DNA of 40,273 nucleotides from an uncultured Ectothiorhodospiraceae bacterium (GTDB lineage Bacteria; Pseudomonadota; Gammaproteobacteria; JAABTG01): NCBI GenBank assembly GCA_964461215.1, contig CAYWTP010000003.1, positions 1 to 40,273 of the forward strand, read 5' to 3'. Shown piece by piece: positions 37,044 to 40,273 of this stretch (position 1 is its first letter; each line of letters starts with the position of its first letter). The notes under the pieces were generated by a model. It saw only the letters and a program-made list of their open reading frames with translations, ran no database searches and was not told where the DNA came from. The position numbers and the translations under genes were made by a program.

Positions 37044-37964
37044 TCAGCCCTGGCTCCGTGCAGCGGCCGCAGGCGTCGCCGCGATTCTGCGGTTCTGGGC
37101 CTTCATCAGCCGCTCCATCATGCGCAGATCCTTCTCCGGCAGGCTCAGTGCGGAATCCACCCATAGCTCGGCGATGTATAGCAGCTCCTCATAGGTGATG
37201 GGGTTGACCCGCTCGCGCATGCGCAGCAGGGCCTTGCGCGTGACCTGGGTCTTCTCGTCCCTGCGCACGAAGGCGTAGAGTGCATCCCGGGCGCCGCCTT
37301 GCTCGGCGAGAATGTCAATGACACCCATCTCGTAGAGCTCTTCGGCGGAGTATATCTTTCCGCTCATGATCATCCGCTCCACCAGGTTGGGCGACAGTCG
37401 CCGAGCCAGGAAGCTGTATGCGCCCATTCCGGGAAACATGTTGAACACCACCTCGGGGAATCCGATCTGAACGTGGCGCTCGGCGATGATCACATCGCTG
37501 GACAGGGCGGCTTCCAAGGCCGCCCCCAGGGCGGTGCCCTCCAGCATCGCGACGGTGGTGATGGGCAGATCGAGATTTCTCAGATTCTGGTACAGCACCT
37601 TAATGCTCAGGTGCGCATAGTCGCTCAGGGTTCCCCGATCCTGGTCGCGGATGGTGTTCAGGAAGAAGCCGAGATCACCGCCCAGGTTGAACACGCCCGG
37701 CATGGCCGAAGCGTGGACCAGATACTTGATGGTCGTCTCCCCCGCGCGGCGCAGCTCACGGCTGACGGTATTGCGCACCGCCTCCTGGAATGACTCGATG
37801 TCACGCAGCAGGCTGGGCGTGAAGCTCGGTCGTGGGGTGGGCTGCATATAGTAGGTCAGAAGCTGGTACTCTGGATCGTATCCGGTGGTCAGTTCCCTGA
37901 AGCTTTGTGCCCACAAAGGATGAGCGGATTGCGCGTCCAGGAACGGCTTGAGTGCGGTGTTCAT
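37044..37964 (-). CDS. rpfF: DSF-family signal synthase RpfF (crotonase/enoyl-CoA hydratase superfamily)
   Basis: It is co-linear by eye with Xanthomonas RpfF: VFNLGGDLGFF..IR..DR..L.DYA, ALGAALEAALSSDVIIAE, GFPEVVFNMFPGMGAYSFLARR, YSAEELYEMG, ELWVD.AL.L.EKDLR.MERL..AQ.RR. The two catalytic Glu are present with the same 20-residue spacing (ALEAAL and FPEVVF). It is convergent with rpfC. Confidence 0.85.
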   Translation of the reverse strand: MNTALKPFLDAQSAHPLWAQSFRELTTGYDPEYQLLTYYMQPTPRPSFTPSLLRDIESFQEAVRNTVSRELRRAGETTIKYLVHASAMPGVFNLGGDLGFFLNTIRDQDRGTLSDYAHLSIKVLYQNLRNLDLPITTVAMLEGTALGAALEAALSSDVIIAERHVQIGFPEVVFNMFPGMGAYSFLARRLSPNLVERMIMSGKIYSAEELYEMGVIDILAEQGGARDALYAFVRRDEKTQVTRKALLRMRERVNPITYEELLYIAELWVDSALSLPEKDLRMMERLMKAQNRRIAATPAAAARSQG

Positions 37965-38116
37965 GCGGATCCTCCTCCTGCTGATCGTTCTCTAGGTCCG
38001 GGGTTTCTGAAGGACGCCGGGACGTTCGAGGCCCCGTGCCTTCGGAGCATGATATGCCCAGCTCGCGATACAAACCAAAGGCATCGACGAGTATAGGGCG
38101 AATATCTGACAGTTTG

Positions 38117-38707
38117 TCAGTACTCGATACCCATGGACTCCACAAGCCTGCTCAGGCGCTCCAGGCGCTGGACCGGCTCGCTGAGCTGCAGCAGATATTG
38201 CTTCTGCGTGAGCGGGATCGGCAGAAGCTCTGCCAGGCGGCACCCGACCCAGGTGGCGTCGCCGTATTTCAGCGTGACGGAGGCGAACAGGTGGGGGACC
38301 TCCTTGACGAGCTGACGGAGAAAATCCGCCATGGGAATGTACTCGGCGGGTAGCTCAGTGGGGGGCTCCTGAGGCAGTAATTCGACCGTCGCCTCGGTAA
38401 GCTGGTTCGGCTTCACCCGCGTGGAGAGCGTGCGAAAACGCTGCTCCCCCACGGCCGTGATGCCGAGCAGGCCGTCGTGGCGCTGATGCCAGTCGATAAT
38501 CTTCGCCACCGTTCCCACCTCATAGGGCCTGGCAGCCTTGCCTACCTCGCTGCCGCTCTCGATCAAGCACACGCCGAAGCCGGCACCGGTTCGCAAGCAG
38601 TCGCAGATCATGTCCAGATAGCGCGGCTCAAAGATCCGCAGAGGTAGCGGGCCGTCCGGGAACAGCACGGTGTTCAGGGGAAACAGAGCGATCTGTGCTT
38701 CACTCAT
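38117..38707 (-). CDS. LON peptidase N-terminal (substrate-binding) domain protein
   Basis: The start is set to the ATG at 38707, where [33 protein letters not shown] is the typical LON-N start. The 8-nt overlap ATGAGTGA with the ubiX stop suggests translational coupling. Confidence 0.8.
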   Translation of the reverse strand: MSEAQIALFPLNTVLFPDGPLPLRIFEPRYLDMICDCLRTGAGFGVCLIESGSEVGKAARPYEVGTVAKIIDWHQRHDGLLGITAVGEQRFRTLSTRVKPNQLTEATVELLPQEPPTELPAEYIPMADFLRQLVKEVPHLFASVTLKYGDATWVGCRLAELLPIPLTQKQYLLQLSEPVQRLERLSRLVESMGIEY

Positions 38708-39359
38708 TGTTTTCCGTTCCCCAGGGGGCCACCAGTGTCTGGGGGATCTCCAGGTGGTCCAGGATCCTGGCCACCACGAAGTCCACAAGATCCTCGATGG
38801 TTGTGGGCCCGTGGTAAAAGCCAGGGCTCGGCGGCATGATCACGGCGCCCATGCGCGACAGGCGCAGCATGTTCTCCAGGTGAATCGTCGAGAAAGGCAT
38901 TTCCCTCGGGACCAGGATGAGCTTGCGCTGTTCTTTTAGAGCTACGTCCGCCGCCCGCTCGATCAAGTTTCGGCAGGTGCCGGCGGCGATCGCGGCCAGG
39001 GTTCCCGTAGTGCAGGGGCAGACCACCATGGCACTGGGCGCGCTCGAGCCGCTGGCCACCGGCGCACTCCACTGCTCTTTGCCGAACACCCGCAGATCTC
39101 CGGCGCCAACACCGAGCTTCTCGCTCAGGATCGCCTGGATCTCTACAGGCCGGGCGGGCAGCTTCAGATGGGCCTCCTGCTCCAGTACCAGGCGTGCCGG
39201 AGACGACATCATCAGATATACCGTGCGCCCTGCGCTCAAAAGGCAGTCAAGCAGCCGCAGGCCGTAAGGCATTCCCGAGGCTCCGGTGAAGGCAAGGGCA
39301 ACGGCTAGTTTGGAAATGACTCGCCCCTCCGGGATGTGGCGCGACCATGTTAACCCCAA
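38700..39359 (-). CDS. ubiX: Flavin prenyltransferase UbiX
   Basis: Motifs: [31 protein letters not shown]...[29 protein letters not shown]. The only in-frame start candidate upstream is TTG at 39359, so the start is uncertain. Confidence 0.85.
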   Translation of the reverse strand: MGLTWSRHIPEGRVISKLAVALAFTGASGMPYGLRLLDCLLSAGRTVYLMMSSPARLVLEQEAHLKLPARPVEIQAILSEKLGVGAGDLRVFGKEQWSAPVASGSSAPSAMVVCPCTTGTLAAIAAGTCRNLIERAADVALKEQRKLILVPREMPFSTIHLENMLRLSRMGAVIMPPSPGFYHGPTTIEDLVDFVVARILDHLEIPQTLVAPWGTENNE

Positions 39360-39392
39360 TCCGCCCTGGAGCCCACACCGCTGCGGAAGGGA

Positions 39393-40273
39393 TCACGGCT
39401 GCTTCCCGGCATCCCGGCGCAGGGCCGCGATCAGCTTGTCGTGGATCCCACCGAAGGCGCCGTTGCTCATGATCAAGATGTGATCGCCGGGCCCCGCGAG
39501 GCCGCGCAGACGCTCAACCATGGCGGCCACCGAGTCGTACACGCCGGCCTTGTCGCCCAGGGACGCCATCGCGGCGTTCAGGTCCCACCCCAGCTCCGGC
39601 GGACGGAGCAGCAGGATGCGGTCCGCGCCGGCCAGAGCGTCGGCCAGATGGTCCCGATGAACGCCCAGGCGCATGGTGTTGGAACGGGGCTCCAGCACCG
39701 CGATGATGCGCCGGGTGTTCACCCGCGATCTCAGGCCTTCCAGGGTGGTGCGAATGGCCGTGGGATGGTGGGCAAAGTCGTCGTAGATGGTGACGTCATC
39801 GACCACCGCCCGAACCTGCAGCCGCCGCTTCACGTTGCGAAACGCTCCCAGAGCCCGGCAGGCCTCCTCCACGGCTACCCCCGCGTGACGGGCGGCGGCT
39901 ATGGCTGACAGGGCGTTGCTCACGTTGTGCCGCCCGATGAGGTCCCAGCTCACCGTTCCGTGCTCCCGCTCGCGGAACAGCACCCGGAAGCGGCTCCCGT
40001 CGGCCGCCAGGGGCCGGGCGCGCCAGTCGGCCCGCTCCAATCCGACGGTCTGCTCGGGGGACCAGCGGCCCATGCGCATGACCTCGGACAGCGCCGCGTC
40101 CTGAGCCGGCCGGATGATCAGACCGTTGCCGGGAACCGTGCGCACCAGATGGTGAAATTGCCGCTGAATGGCAGCCAGGTCCGGGAAGATGTCGGCGTGG
40201 TCGAATTCCAGGTTGTTGAGCACGGCGGTCCGTGGCCGGTAGTGCACGAACTTGGAGCGCTTATCGAAGAAGG
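39393..40273 (-). CDS. mpl: UDP-N-acetylmuramate:L-alanyl-gamma-D-glutamyl-meso-DAP ligase (Mpl), 5'-partial; only the C-terminal part lies in the window
   Basis: The frame is open to the window edge (FFDKRSKFVHYRPRTAVLNNLEFDHADIF...). A Mur-ligase middle and C-terminal domain pattern is present, with the C-terminus MSNGAFGGIHDKL. Confidence 0.8.
   Translation of the reverse strand, partial: FFDKRSKFVHYRPRTAVLNNLEFDHADIFPDLAAIQRQFHHLVRTVPGNGLIIRPAQDAALSEVMRMGRWSPEQTVGLERADWRARPLAADGSRFRVLFREREHGTVSWDLIGRHNVSNALSAIAAARHAGVAVEEACRALGAFRNVKRRLQVRAVVDDVTIYDDFAHHPTAIRTTLEGLRSRVNTRRIIAVLEPRSNTMRLGVHRDHLADALAGADRILLLRPPELGWDLNAAMASLGDKAGVYDSVAAMVERLRGLAGPGDHILIMSNGAFGGIHDKLIAALRRDAGKQP

Noticed and set aside
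38106..38120. The palindrome CTGACA-GTT-TGTCAG between rpfF and the LON-N gene, considered as a LexA, CRP/Clp-type box or a terminator
   Set aside because: The spacing (CTG-N9-CAG) does not fit the LexA CTGT-N8-ACAG consensus or the CRP/Clp TGTGA-N6-TCACA consensus. It overlaps the LON-N stop codon, has only a 6-bp stem and has no U-tract. I cannot support any specific function.

Overview
This is a densely coding, high-GC chromosomal segment that looks gammaproteobacterial. The class III PhaEC and E. coli-like tesA/ybbAP synteny fit a Chromatiales/Ectothiorhodospiraceae-type organism, but that placement is inference only. I call 29 CDS (two run off the window edges) plus one gene remnant. I saw no rRNA, tRNA, CRISPR array, prophage or recognisable defence island.

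Layout, left to right:
1. The last 3.8 kb of a giant secreted protein with PKD and Ig-like domains, ending in a domain with nine CXXCH haem motifs. An intrinsic terminator follows, then a periplasmic SurA/parvulin-type PPIase.
2. A complete class III PHA regulon: phaC-phaE divergent from phaP-phaA-phaB-phaR, with a sigma70-like phaP promoter overlapped by a CTGC-N3-GCAG palindrome. It is bracketed by two diverged 900-aa Pat/PatZ-like proteins (ADP-forming acyl-CoA synthetase fused to GNAT), an HDAC-family deacetylase and acuI/yhdH.
3. An envelope-lipid block: tesA divergent from ybbA-ybbP, which runs straight into a ydbH-like AsmA-family gene and a lipoprotein-YdbL (DUF1318) gene.
4. Housekeeping genes: DUF1499, a PF10023-like aminopeptidase, an epimerase/SDR, pdxH and yjbQ.
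5. After a truncated SDR remnant, a Xanthomonas-type DSF signalling locus: rpfG (REC-HD-GYP), a full-length but catalytically degenerate RpfC paralog, rpfC, and a convergent rpfF.
6. A LON-N-domain gene, ubiX and mpl (partial).

Mobile and repeat content: two copies of a 155-bp MITE-like hairpin element, 154/155 identical, each flanked by 8-9 bp direct repeats; REP-like GGCTGTRGGC motifs; and a 264-bp in-frame tandem repeat encoding the PKD modules.

The most interesting item is the pseudo-kinase RpfC paralog in the rpfH position. It has lost the H-box His, the N/G1/G2 boxes and the HPt His, but keeps an intact receiver domain. All homology statements come from motif recognition by eye, and no searches were run.
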